From Bacillus subtilis subsp. subtilis str. 168 (GTDB lineage: Bacteria > Bacillota > Bacilli > Bacillales > Bacillaceae), in the NCBI RefSeq assembly GCF_000009045.1, contig NC_000964.3:4140001-4172000 (forward strand): 32,000 nucleotides of DNA, written 5' to 3'. Below are positions 1 through 8,850 of the stretch, in pieces. The notes under the pieces were generated by a model. It was not told the DNA's origin. It worked only from the letters and a program-made list of their open reading frames with translations, and did not search any database. Numbering within the stretch: position 1 is the first letter of the stretch; each line of letters opens with the position of its first letter. The position numbers and the translations under genes were made by a program.

Positions 1-149
1 AGATCAGTAAACACCTGCTTAGACAAAAGCTGGGCATCTTCAGGCAGCCATGTTCCCGCTTTTACCTTTTCTTCCGCGTAATGCTTTGTTGTGTACGTGA
101 GATAAGACCGAAATTCTTCTGTCTGCATAGGGGTTAGCATAATTGTCAT
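1..149 (-). CDS. yycN: GNAT-type N-acetyltransferase, N-terminal 49 codons only (gene runs off the window start)
   Basis: Minus-strand ATG at 149 follows a GAAGGAGAG SD. It reads MTIMLTPMQTEEFRSYLTYTTKHYAEEKVKAGTWLPEDAQLLSKQVFTD and stays open to the window edge. The position next to rapG fits yycN. It is too short for the ORF track. Confidence 0.6.
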   Translation of the reverse strand, partial: MTIMLTPMQTEEFRSYLTYTTKHYAEEKVKAGTWLPEDAQLLSKQVFTD

Positions 150-259
150 ATCATCTCTCCTTCATATATTGACTAGAGGATTTTACATAAAATAGAAAGA
201 GGTGTTACTATCAGAATAAGCAACTGAGATTGATAAGTCACTAGAGAAAGGAGTTTCAC

Positions 260-1357
260 ATGAATAAGATCGCACCCGCAGAAATCGCTAGCATGCTCAA
301 CGATTGGTACCTTGCCATCAAGAAACATGAAGTTGAAGAATCCTCCCGTTTATTTGAAGAAGTGAAGCCTTTATTGGATGACATGGAAGAGGATCAGGAG
401 GTGCTTGCCTACTTCTCCTTATTGGAACTGCGCCACAAGGTTTTGCTTCACGAGGCGAGAGGACAGGGCTTTCAGCATGAGGAGCCTTCTCATATGAATG
501 CTACGTCTGACATGCTGAAATATTACTTTTTTCTGTTTGAAGGCATGTATGAGGCCTATAAAAATAATTATGACATTGCCATTGGGCTGTATAAAGATGC
601 AGAGCAGTATCTCGACAACATTCCCGATCCGATTGAAAAAGCCGAATTTCACCTGAAGGTCGGTAAGCTCTATTATAAGCTGGGACAAAATATTGTGTCC
701 CTCAATCATACACGGCAAGCAGTCAAAACATTCAGAGAAGAGACAGATTATAAAAAGAAGCTGGCTTCAGCCCTGATTACCATGTCAGGCAATTTTACAG
801 AGATGAGCCAGTTTGAAGAAGCTGAGGCTTATTTGGACGAAGCAATTCGGATCACGAGTGAATTAGAGGATCATTTTTTTGAAGCCCAGCTTTTGCATAA
901 CTTCGGCCTTCTACATGCGCAAAGCGGCAAATCAGAAGAAGCGGTTTCGAAATTAGAGGAGGCTCTACAGAACGATGAGTATGCCCGCTCCGCCTATTAT
1001 TATCATTCTGCCTACTTGCTGATACGAGAGCTGTTTAAGATCAAAAAGAAAGAACAGGCCTTATCTTATTACCAAGACGTGAAGGAAAAATTGACTGCTG
1101 AGCCGAATAGAATATGTGAGGCAAAAATAGACATTTTATATGCCATTTATGCAGAAGGGGGTCATGCGGAAACGTTTCACTTATGCAAACAACATATGGA
1201 TGACTTGTTGTCCGAGAAAGAGTATGACAGTGTAAGAGAACTTTCCATTTTGGCTGGCGAACGGTATAGGGAACTTGAGCTTTACAAAGAAGCTGCCCAC
1301 TTTTTTTATGAAGCATTACAGATTGAAGAACTGATTAAACGAACGGAGGTTATATAA
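260..1357 (+). CDS. rapG: Rap-family TPR response-regulator aspartate phosphatase/regulator RapG
   Basis: 365-aa ORF with an AAAGGAG SD upstream of the ATG. It has Rap-type TPR repeats and is followed directly by its cognate phr gene. Confidence 0.93.
   Translation: MNKIAPAEIASMLNDWYLAIKKHEVEESSRLFEEVKPLLDDMEEDQEVLAYFSLLELRHKVLLHEARGQGFQHEEPSHMNATSDMLKYYFFLFEGMYEAYKNNYDIAIGLYKDAEQYLDNIPDPIEKAEFHLKVGKLYYKLGQNIVSLNHTRQAVKTFREETDYKKKLASALITMSGNFTEMSQFEEAEAYLDEAIRITSELEDHFFEAQLLHNFGLLHAQSGKSEEAVSKLEEALQNDEYARSAYYYHSAYLLIRELFKIKKKEQALSYYQDVKEKLTAEPNRICEAKIDILYAIYAEGGHAETFHLCKQHMDDLLSEKEYDSVRELSILAGERYRELELYKEAAHFFYEALQIEELIKRTEVI
1266..1295 (+). promoter_or_regulatory. Candidate SigH-type promoter for phrG inside the rapG 3' end
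   Basis: ATAGGGAAC-N12-AAAGAAGCT resembles RNAGGAWWW-N11-12-RNNGAATWW with several mismatches. Several phr genes are known to have internal SigH promoters. Confidence 0.25.
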
Positions 1358-1474
1358 ATGAAAAGATTTCTGATTGGCGCAGGCGTCGCAGCGGTGATTT
1401 TATCAGGTTGGTTTATTGCGGACCATCAAACCCACTCACAGGAAATGAAAGTCGCTGAGAAAATGATTGGATAA
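1358..1474 (+). CDS. phrG: Phr signalling peptide precursor PhrG (38 aa, C-terminal pentapeptide EKMIG)
   Basis: The ATG at 1358 directly follows the rapG TAA (TAAATG). It encodes MKRFLIGAGVAAVILSGWFIADHQTHSQEMKVAEKMIG, with a signal-peptide-like N-terminus. It is absent from the ORF track because it is under 60 aa. Confidence 0.9.
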   Translation: MKRFLIGAGVAAVILSGWFIADHQTHSQEMKVAEKMIG

Positions 1475-1477
1475 ATG

Positions 1478-1509
1478 AAAAACCCCCGCGGGATGCGGGG
1501 GTTCAATTT
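1478..1509. terminator. GC hairpin copy 1 (CCCCCGC-GGAT-GCGGGGG)
   Basis: The stem spans 1483-1501. It has an A5 run on the left and only TTCAATTT on the right. It is therefore a strong intrinsic terminator when read on the minus strand (rocDEF direction) and a weak one for phrG. Confidence 0.7.
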
Positions 1510-1680
1510 AACGAAAGAATCCTAAAACGGTTTGTAGTTTTAGGATTCTTTCATCTTTTCAGCGTGATTGAAAACCCTTGAAGTCTAGGAAGAACGAGCA
1601 TTGGAGCGCAGCGAATGTTTGGAATTCGTGAGCACCGAAGCGCAGGCCTGACAACGAATGCGAGGGTTTGTCGACACGCT
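1510..1680. repeat. Highly structured non-coding core between the two GC hairpins (candidate structured RNA or interspersed-repeat copy)
   Basis: There is a perfect 16-bp hairpin at 1513-1528/1537-1552. A 10-bp long-range pairing joins 1557-1566 and 1675-1684, with a nested 7-bp pairing 1572-1578/1663-1669. No SD-led ORF is present. Confidence 0.45.
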
Positions 1681-1710
1681 GAAACCCCCGCGGGTGCGGG
1701 GGTTTTCTTA
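1681..1710. terminator. GC hairpin copy 2 (CCCCCGC-GGT-GCGGGGG)
   Basis: The stem spans 1685-1702 and is followed by TTTTCTTATT on the plus strand. On the minus strand only TTTCAG follows it. It abuts the rocF stop codon at 1711-1713. Confidence 0.7.
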
Positions 1711-2601
1711 TTACAGCAGCTTCTTCCCTAACAGGGATTCTACGAGCTCTACTGCTGTTTTGCCCGTTTTGTTTTTGTGATCAAGGATCGGGTTAACCTC
1801 AACGAATTCGGCTGAGGTAATGATGCCTGCGTCATACAGCATTTCCATAGCCAAATGGCTCTCCCGGTAGCTGATGCCGCCGACGACAGGGGTTCCGACA
1901 CCCGGTGCGTCGTTCGGATCAAGTCCGTCCAGATCAAGGCTCAGATGGACGCCATCACATGCTGATAAATAATCAAGGGTTTCTTCAATGACCTTTGTCA
2001 TGCCAAGACGATCGATTTCGTGCATTGTGTACACCTTCATGCCGCTTTCCTTAATGTACTTGCGCTCCCCTTCATCAAGTGACCGGGCGCCAATGATGAC
2101 GACGTTTTCCGGTTTGATTTTAGGCGCGTAGCCTTCAAGGTTAACCAGTGACTCGTGGCCAATGCCTAGGCTGACCGCGAGCGGCATGCCGTGAATATTG
2201 CCCGATGGTGAAGTTTCAAGTGTATTCAAATCGCCGTGCGCGTCATACCAGATGACGCCGAGATTATCGTAATGCTTCGCTGTGCCTGCAAGCGTGCCGA
2301 TCGCAATACTGTGGTCACCGCCCAGGACAAGCGGGAATTTTTTCTCTTCAATGACTTTGTTGACCTTTTGCGCGAGTTTTTCATTTCCCGCCAAAACGGA
2401 ATTCAGGTTTTTCAGTTCCTCGTCATTTTTGATTTTTTCGCGATTGATCGGAATGTCACCGAGATCTTCAACCGTATACCCCATGTCTGACAGCCTCTCG
2501 ATCAGATGAGCGTACCGGATGGCACTCGGGCCCATATCCACTCCGCGTCGTGCTTGTCCTAAATCCATTGGCATTCCAATAACCGAAATCGTTTTATCCA
2601 T
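1711..2601 (-). CDS. rocF: Arginase RocF
   Basis: The ORF matches the arginase/ureohydrolase family (GGDHS, DAHGD, SLDLD motifs). I place the start at MDKTISVIG because a GAGGTG SD lies 9 nt upstream. The track start at 2613 is a GTG without an SD. Confidence 0.95.
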   Translation of the reverse strand: MDKTISVIGMPMDLGQARRGVDMGPSAIRYAHLIERLSDMGYTVEDLGDIPINREKIKNDEELKNLNSVLAGNEKLAQKVNKVIEEKKFPLVLGGDHSIAIGTLAGTAKHYDNLGVIWYDAHGDLNTLETSPSGNIHGMPLAVSLGIGHESLVNLEGYAPKIKPENVVIIGARSLDEGERKYIKESGMKVYTMHEIDRLGMTKVIEETLDYLSACDGVHLSLDLDGLDPNDAPGVGTPVVGGISYRESHLAMEMLYDAGIITSAEFVEVNPILDHKNKTGKTAVELVESLLGKKLL

Positions 2602-2674
2602 CTGTGATTCCACCTCAACATTTAAGATAATGTCCTATGCGGGTTATAACAAAGATGACTTGCGGACAACGTTT

Positions 2675-4078
2675 TTAAAGCTCTAGCTGACGATTTGCCT
2701 GCTGGCGTTTTTTAATGACGACATGATAAATGATGTAGCAAATGATCATAAACGGTACGCCGCAATACAGCGCGATACGCTGCTCCGGATCAAATGCAAG
2801 ACTGATGAGCACGACCGTATTTAACGTTAGGCCGATCAGCGGAAGCACCGGGTACAGCGGTGTTTTAAATTTCAAATCTTCTATCTTCCCGCCCTCACGG
2901 ATATATTTGCGTCTGAACATGATTTGGGAAAGCGAGATCGTAATCCAGCCGACCTGCGCGCTCATGCCCGCCAAAGATAACAGTACCATATATACGGTTT
3001 CAGCCTGCGCAAACTTTGTCAGAAGTGATAGGCAGGCCACAGCCATCGTTACGATTAACGAGTACATCGGTACACCGCGCTGATTTGTTTTGCCAAGCGC
3101 TTTGAAGGCTTGTCCTTCATTCGCCATCGCGTACAGAATACGTGTTGATGCGTATAAACCTGAGTTCGCAACAGATAACAGTGCGATTAAAATAACAAAG
3201 TTCATGATATCAGCTGCATATGGGATTCCGATTTGCTCAAATACGGCAACAAATGGACTTTCCACGACACCCGCCTGTTTCCACGGAATCATGCCGGCAA
3301 TGACAATGATTGAAAGCACAAAGAACACAAGCGTTCTCCATACTGTCTGTTTGATGGACCGCGGAATCGTTTTTTCAGGGTCTTCACTTTCTCCGGCTGC
3401 AACCCCGATCAGCTCAGTCCCCTGAAACGCAAAGTTCACAGTAATCATCGTAATCAGCATTGCCTTTATGCCGTTCGGAAATAACCCGTCTTCATAAAAA
3501 TGTGTCAAAAACGGCGCCTGCTCTCCGCCCTTCAGATCAATCAGGCCAAACATGGCAGCTCCGCCGAGAATAATAAATAAAAGGATAATCAAAATTTTAA
3601 TGCCTGAGAACCAGAATTCAGATTCCGCAAAGGCTTTTGTGGTGATCGCATTTAAAATAAACATCAGTGCCGCAAAGACCAGACACCAGATCCACACGTC
3701 TATATGCGGAAACCAGCGTTGCATCAGCTGCCCCGCTGATAAAAATTCAATGGCGCATGTAACCGCCCAGCCGAGCCAGTACAGCCAGCCGAACGCAAAC
3801 CCGAAGGCCGGGCTGATAAATTTCGTGGCATAGGTCTGGAAGGACCCCGACACAGGAAAGGCGACTGCCAGCTCTCCTAAGCAGAGCATGGTCAAAAACA
3901 TGATAAAGCCGCCCACTAAATAGGACAGAACCGCGCCGAGCGGTCCCGCTTGGTTAATGGTAAACCCGGTTCCAAGGAAGAAACCGGTTCCGATCACTCC
4001 GCCCAATGAAATCATGAACAAATGGCGTGATTTCATTGTCCGCTGGAGCTGATTTCCGTTATCTTGGTTTGTATTCAC
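2675..4078 (-). CDS. rocE: Amino-acid (arginine/ornithine) permease RocE, APC family
   Basis: This is a 12-TM APC-type permease ORF. I place the start at the GTG at 4078 (467 aa) because the GAAGGGG SD is correctly spaced for it. The track start at 4087 sits on the SD. Confidence 0.92.
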   Translation of the reverse strand: MNTNQDNGNQLQRTMKSRHLFMISLGGVIGTGFFLGTGFTINQAGPLGAVLSYLVGGFIMFLTMLCLGELAVAFPVSGSFQTYATKFISPAFGFAFGWLYWLGWAVTCAIEFLSAGQLMQRWFPHIDVWIWCLVFAALMFILNAITTKAFAESEFWFSGIKILIILLFIILGGAAMFGLIDLKGGEQAPFLTHFYEDGLFPNGIKAMLITMITVNFAFQGTELIGVAAGESEDPEKTIPRSIKQTVWRTLVFFVLSIIVIAGMIPWKQAGVVESPFVAVFEQIGIPYAADIMNFVILIALLSVANSGLYASTRILYAMANEGQAFKALGKTNQRGVPMYSLIVTMAVACLSLLTKFAQAETVYMVLLSLAGMSAQVGWITISLSQIMFRRKYIREGGKIEDLKFKTPLYPVLPLIGLTLNTVVLISLAFDPEQRIALYCGVPFMIICYIIYHVVIKKRQQANRQLEL

Positions 4079-4300
4079 ATTCTGCACCCCTTCAGCAACT
4101 TGTATTGGATCTAAGCTGGAACATCTGCATGGTGCTATCCCAGTTTGCTGTCCAAAGAGTCTCTATCTATTTAATATAAAATTCACTTCTTCTCATAAAG
4201 ATACATTATACTAAAATACTGTAGCTGAGCAAATAGGGAGTGCTGATTTTTCTGTTGTAAATTTATACAAACGAAGTGAATATCCCGCCATGGTGCGGAT

Positions 4301-5506
4301 TTATGCGTTTCGCAGCACGTGCTTAATTTTCTCTATCGCCCAATCCAAGTCCTCTTTGGAAATGATTAATGGCGGTGCAAAACGAATGACTGTATCATGC
4401 GTTTCCTTGCATAAAAGTCCCTCTTCCTTCAAACGCTCACAATACGGACGTGCCGCTTCAGTCAATTCCACACCGATAAACAGCCCTCTGCCGCGGACTT
4501 CTTTAATGACAGGGCTGTCAATACTCTCAAGCTCGCTTTTAAAGTATTCACCAAGTTCAAGAGAACGATCCGCCAGCTTTTCATCCTCCAGCACTTCTAA
4601 TGAAGCGATAGACACTGCACATGCAAGCGGGTTTCCACCAAATGTTGAGCCGTGTGAGCCAGGGTTAAACACGCCTAGGATCTCGCGGTCCGCCGCAATG
4701 CAAGAGATCGGGAACACACCGCCGCCAAGCGCTTTGCCCAAGATATACATATCCGGAACAATGCCGTCCCAGTCACAGGCAAACGTCTTGCCTGTACGTC
4801 CGAGACCCGTCTGAATTTCATCCGCAATAAACAAGACATTCTCTTCCTTACAAATCGCCGCCGCTTCCTGTAAAAATCCTTCAGGCGGAATCACAATGCC
4901 CGCTTCGCCTTGAATCGGTTCAAACAAGAATGCCGCTGTATTCGGCGTAATGGCCTGTCGAAGCGCTTCCACATCGCCGTAAGGAATGAGTTTGATTCCT
5001 GGAAGCATCGGGCCGAATCCTCGTTTATATTCCTCTTCAGAAGAAAGAGATACCGCCAGCATCGTGCGGCCGTGGAAGTTCCCGACACATGCGATAATTT
5101 CCGCTTGATTGTCAGCTACGCCCTTCACTTCATACGCCCAGCGTCTCGCCGCTTTCACCGCGGATTCAACCGCTTCGGCTCCTGTATTCATCGGCAGAAT
5201 CATCTCTTTGCCTGTCAGTTTAGCTGTTTTTTCGTAAAACGGCCCAAGCTGATCGTTATGAAACGCGCGTGACGTGAGGGTGATTTTATCAGCCTGATCC
5301 TTTAATGCCTGAATGATTTTCGGGTGTCTGTGCCCCTGGTTTACCGCAGAGTAAGCACTCAGCATATCCATATATTCATTGCCTTCCGGGTCCTTTACCC
5401 AAGCACCCAGCGCTTCAGAAATAACAATCGGGAGCGGGTGATAATTGTTGGCTCCGTAATGAGACGTCTGATCAATAATTTCTTTGGATTTAGATAAAGC
5501 TGTCAT
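4301..5506 (-). CDS. rocD: Ornithine aminotransferase RocD (class III PLP aminotransferase)
   Basis: The start is [24 protein letters not shown], with an AAGGGGG SD 8 nt upstream, giving 401 aa. The longer track ORF runs into the promoter and leader. Confidence 0.95.
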   Translation of the reverse strand: MTALSKSKEIIDQTSHYGANNYHPLPIVISEALGAWVKDPEGNEYMDMLSAYSAVNQGHRHPKIIQALKDQADKITLTSRAFHNDQLGPFYEKTAKLTGKEMILPMNTGAEAVESAVKAARRWAYEVKGVADNQAEIIACVGNFHGRTMLAVSLSSEEEYKRGFGPMLPGIKLIPYGDVEALRQAITPNTAAFLFEPIQGEAGIVIPPEGFLQEAAAICKEENVLFIADEIQTGLGRTGKTFACDWDGIVPDMYILGKALGGGVFPISCIAADREILGVFNPGSHGSTFGGNPLACAVSIASLEVLEDEKLADRSLELGEYFKSELESIDSPVIKEVRGRGLFIGVELTEAARPYCERLKEEGLLCKETHDTVIRFAPPLIISKEDLDWAIEKIKHVLRNA

Positions 5507-5564
5507 ATTTGAATTCCCCCTTGTTTTCTGTTTCAACATGTTATCCTGCTTTCCCTTTATATAA

Positions 5565-5581
5565 ATGCAAGTTCTGTGCCA
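5565..5581 (-). promoter_or_regulatory. Sigma-54 (SigL) -24/-12 promoter of rocDEF
   Basis: The minus strand reads TGGCACAGAACTTGCAT, a perfect TGGCAC-N5-TTGCA, about 60 nt upstream of the rocD ATG. Confidence 0.88.
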
Positions 5582-5623
5582 AATCAAGAATTCGTGTGTT
5601 TTCTACAATTTTCGAGGACAAGG

Positions 5624-5639
5624 TGCAAAAACATTCTGA
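5624..5639. promoter_or_regulatory. Proximal RocR upstream activating sequence (degenerate copy)
   Basis: GTGCAAAA-ACA-TTCTGA-TAT parallels the distal UAS. It is centred roughly 75-80 nt upstream of the predicted SigL start. Confidence 0.45.
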
Positions 5640-5664
5640 TATTTCGAGCGAAAATTTCAGCAAG

Positions 5665-5681
5665 TGCAAAATTCTTTTGCA
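5665..5681. promoter_or_regulatory. Distal RocR upstream activating sequence (perfect inverted repeat)
   Basis: TGCAAAA-TTC-TTTTGCA has perfect 7-bp arms and is centred about 120 nt upstream of the predicted rocD start. This matches the reported tandem UAS layout. Confidence 0.7.
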
Positions 5682-5706
5682 TATCCTCTCCGTTTTTTTA
5701 TAAAAT
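5677..5706 (+). promoter_or_regulatory. Candidate SigA promoter of rocR
   Basis: The sequence is TTGCAT-18-TAAAAT. The -35 element overlaps the right arm of the distal UAS, which is consistent with RocR autorepression. Confidence 0.45.
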
Positions 5707-5746
5707 AGAAGCAATATTAAGAAAATAATTGAGGGAGGTTCATACA

Positions 5747-7132
5747 GTGGTCAAAGACAGCGAATTCCTCACATTGGTTTTTCAGAGTATTTTAGATGAA
5801 ATCGATGTTGGCCTGCACGTGGTAGACGAGCATGGAAACACAATCGTTTATAACAATAAAATGATGCAGATTGAAGATATGGAGAAGCATGACGTCTTGA
5901 ATAAAAACCTGATGGATGTGTTTATGTTTTCAAAGCAGCAGGACAGCACACTGGTACAGGCTCTTCAGGAAGGCAAGACGATTAAAAACGTCAAACAGAG
6001 CTATTTCAATAATAAAGGCCAGGAAATTACGACGATCAATCATACATATCCCATCGTCCAAGACGGCAAAATCAGGGGCGCCGTTGAAATTGCCAAGGAT
6101 GTGACAAAGCTGGAACGGCTGATCAGGGAGAATATGAACAAAAAAGGCAGCACAACCTATACGTTTGACAGTATTCTCGGCACCAGTCCGGCCATTCAAG
6201 ACGTCATCGAAAACGCCAAGCGGGCAACCCGTACGTCATCATCTGTCCTTCTAGCAGGCGAAACCGGCACGGGAAAAGAACTGTTCGCGCAAAGTATCCA
6301 TAATGGAAGCGATCGTTCTGGCGGCCCGTTTATTTCGCAAAACTGCGCGGCACTGCCAGACAGCCTTGTGGAAAGCATTTTGTTTGGGACGAAAAAAGGC
6401 GCGTTTACCGGCGCTGTCGACCAGCCCGGCCTGTTTGAACAAGCCCACGGCGGCACACTGCTGTTAGATGAAATCAACTCGCTGAATCTCAGCCTTCAGG
6501 CGAAGCTGCTGCGCGCCCTTCAAGAACGGAAAATCAGGCGCATCGGTTCAACAAAGGATACACCGATTGACGTACGTATTATTGCCACGATGAATGAAGA
6601 CCCAATTGATGCAATTGCAGGCGAACGAATGCGGAAGGACTTGTATTACAGGCTGAGTGTCGTCACACTGATCATCCCGCCGCTTCGGGAACGAAAAGAA
6701 GACATTTTGCTTCTCGCGTCGGAGTTCATCCAGAAAAACAACCATCTGTTCCAAATGAATGTTGAACACATCAGCGATGACGTGAAGCAATTTTTCCTTT
6801 CTTATGACTGGCCGGGAAATATTCGCGAGCTTGAGCATATGATCGAAGGCGCAATGAATTTCATGACGGACGAGCAAACGATTACGGCTTCCCATCTGCC
6901 CTATCAATACCGCATGAAAATCAAGCCGGCTGACATCCCAGAGCCGGAAACACCAAGACACCAGCCAGCCGCGGACTTAAAAGAAAAAATGGAAAGCTTC
7001 GAAAAATATGTGATAGAGAACGTGTTAAGAAAACACGGCCATAACATCTCGAAAGCTGCTCAGGAGCTTGGCATCAGCAGACAAAGCCTCCAATATCGGC
7101 TGAAGAAATTTTCTCACTCGTCTAACGAATAA
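5747..7132 (+). CDS. rocR: Sigma-54-dependent transcriptional activator RocR (PAS - AAA+ - HTH)
   Basis: A GTG start at 5747 follows a GAGGGAGG SD, giving 461 aa. The protein has Walker A GETGTGKE, the GAFTGA loop and a C-terminal Fis-type HTH. Confidence 0.93.
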   Translation: MVKDSEFLTLVFQSILDEIDVGLHVVDEHGNTIVYNNKMMQIEDMEKHDVLNKNLMDVFMFSKQQDSTLVQALQEGKTIKNVKQSYFNNKGQEITTINHTYPIVQDGKIRGAVEIAKDVTKLERLIRENMNKKGSTTYTFDSILGTSPAIQDVIENAKRATRTSSSVLLAGETGTGKELFAQSIHNGSDRSGGPFISQNCAALPDSLVESILFGTKKGAFTGAVDQPGLFEQAHGGTLLLDEINSLNLSLQAKLLRALQERKIRRIGSTKDTPIDVRIIATMNEDPIDAIAGERMRKDLYYRLSVVTLIIPPLRERKEDILLLASEFIQKNNHLFQMNVEHISDDVKQFFLSYDWPGNIRELEHMIEGAMNFMTDEQTITASHLPYQYRMKIKPADIPEPETPRHQPAADLKEKMESFEKYVIENVLRKHGHNISKAAQELGISRQSLQYRLKKFSHSSNE

Positions 7133-7302
7133 TCCGGAGCAGGAAGCCTGATCAGAAAAACAGTGCCTCTGCCGATTTCACTTTTCACTTCAATCGTCCC
7201 ATTGTGATTGTCGATAATCGATTTCGTTATGGCAAGGCCTAATCCCGAACCTCCATATTTCCGGGAGCGGGATGGGTCTGCCTTGTAAAACCGGTCAAAC
7301 AC
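7114..7302 (-). pseudogene. Relic of a sensor histidine kinase: last ~60 residues of an HATPase_c domain only
   Basis: The frame reads FDRFYKADPSRSRKYGGSGLGLAITKSIIDNHNGTIEVKSEIGRGTVFLIRLP and aligns with the WalK C-terminus in this window. An in-frame TGA lies at 7312-7314. No H-box or N-box occurs upstream in any frame, and there is no SD. It overlaps the rocR stop by 19 nt. Confidence 0.7.
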
Positions 7303-7492
7303 TAAAAAACGTCACTTCTTATGCATTGAAGAAAGAAAATGGCACCTATGTGTATCACAGCCAGCAACCACACGGTACAAACCATTAAAGTCCATGCAAA
7401 TAACGGAAGTATTTGCAGCTAACTGCCATTTGCTGTTTCACGTGTAACATCCATCTTGTATTTTTCTTCATATTCGATATATCCTTTTTCAA

Positions 7493-7525
7493 CTGAACGG
7501 GCGTGACCCCTGTTCAGTTTTTTTT
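7493..7525 (+). terminator. Plus-strand intrinsic terminator (probable distal rocR terminator)
   Basis: The hairpin CTGAACGGG...CCCCTGTTCAG is followed by T8. No plus-strand ORF lies between the rocR stop (7132) and this site. Confidence 0.6.
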
Positions 7526-7530
7526 GCATA

Positions 7531-7562
7531 TCAAAACAGCCTGGCAACGATGCCAGACTGCT
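7531..7562 (-). terminator. htrC terminator
   Basis: The minus strand reads CAGTCTGGCA-TCGT-TGCCAGGCTG followed by TTTTGA, starting 5 nt after the htrC stop. Confidence 0.7.
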
Positions 7563-7566
7563 TTTA

Positions 7567-8769
7567 TTAACTGCCTAATTGGTCTGCGGAGGACAGCTTG
7601 ATATCAACAGATTTTTCTTTTCCGCCGCGATAAAACTTCACCTTCACCCGGTCACCGACTTTTTTCTGATAAAGCCGTTTTCGCAGGTCAACAATATCAT
7701 TTACTTTGTATCCGTCAAATTCCGTGATGACATCCAGTTCCTTCAGCCCCGCTTTTCCGGCAGGTGAAAAGGCGTCTACACCCATCACAACCGCTCCATT
7801 GGTGACGTTCTTAGGAAGCTTTAATGTTTCATCCCAATGATAGCTTGCGATGTCACTTAGCGATTTCATCTCAATGCCAAGGAACGGGCGTTTGACCTTT
7901 CCGTATCTCTCTAAATCCTCTATCACAGGGATCACGAGCTTAGACGGAATGGACAGGCCAATCCCTTCAACCGCTGACTCGGCAATTTTCATTGAATTGA
8001 TGCCAATGACCTTCCCATCCATATTTAACAAAGCGCCGCCGCTGTTCCCAGGGTTAATGGCCGCATCTGTTTGCAGGACTTCAGCGTTCCAGTCAGGCTG
8101 TCCATCACCGTTTGAATCTACTGGGATCGCCCTCTCCGTACCCGAGATGACGCCTTGTGTGACAGAGCCTGCAAACTCAAGGCCTAACGGGTTCCCGATC
8201 GCAATAACCGGCTCCCCAGACTTCACTTTATCTGAATTTCCGAAATCAGCGACTGCTTTAATCTTATCGCTTTTCACCCGTAAAACGGCAAGGTCCATCA
8301 GCTGGTCGCTGCCGACAAGATCAGCTGATACACGTGAGCCGTCTTTCAAGCTGATTTCAATTTGGGAAGCGCCTTCGATGACATGATGGTTGGTCACGAC
8401 ATAAGCGGAATGGTCATTTTTCTTATAGATGACGCCAGAGCCGCTCCCAGCCTCGCCGCTCTCTCCCCAAATATCTGATTTTTGGATGTTCACAACACCG
8501 ACAACGGCGGGCGACATATTGCTGACAATCTTGGTGACGGCATTGTTGACACTGACATTCACCGTCCTGATTGATTCCCGGCCATTGTTGTTTTGCTGCT
8601 GATCTAAGGCGCCTGTATCCAGCCCTTCATTTGAAAGGTACGGCATGATAAACGCCATTAATACGGCACCGACAATCACGCCAATCAGACTCGAAAGAAA
8701 ATATCCTTTTTTGCTTCTCTTTGGCTGTTCAGGAGTAGTATGTTCTTCCTCACGTTCGTAATCCACCAT
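7567..8769 (-). CDS. htrC: Membrane-anchored HtrA-family serine protease (trypsin-like domain + PDZ)
   Basis: 400-aa ORF with an N-terminal TM segment, a GNSGGAL serine-protease motif and a C-terminal PDZ domain. It is the last gene of the wal cluster (yycK/yyxA position). Confidence 0.9.
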
Positions 8770-8850
8770 ATTCCATCCTTTCCAAGAACGTTAATATGGT
8801 TATATTGTGGGTTAGAAACTCCTAGAATAGTCATGATTTACATAGAAAAA

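Noticed and set aside
4290-4814. 174-aa plus-strand ORF
   Set aside because: It lies entirely antisense to rocD and has no SD. Its S/P/A-rich composition is typical of a shadow frame of a real gene.
7434-7450. Quasi-palindrome TGTTTCACGTGTAACAT, matching TGTTTCATGTGAAACAT at 26756-26772 in 15 of 17 positions
   Set aside because: A rough estimate of 15/17 matches among all position pairs on both strands of 32 kb gives tens to hundreds expected by chance. The shared motif is therefore not evidence for a common regulator. The 26755-26772 palindrome is retained only as a local observation.
7850-8386. 178-aa plus-strand ORF
   Set aside because: It is antisense to the htrC protease domain, with no SD and no recognisable motifs. 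It is a shadow ORF.
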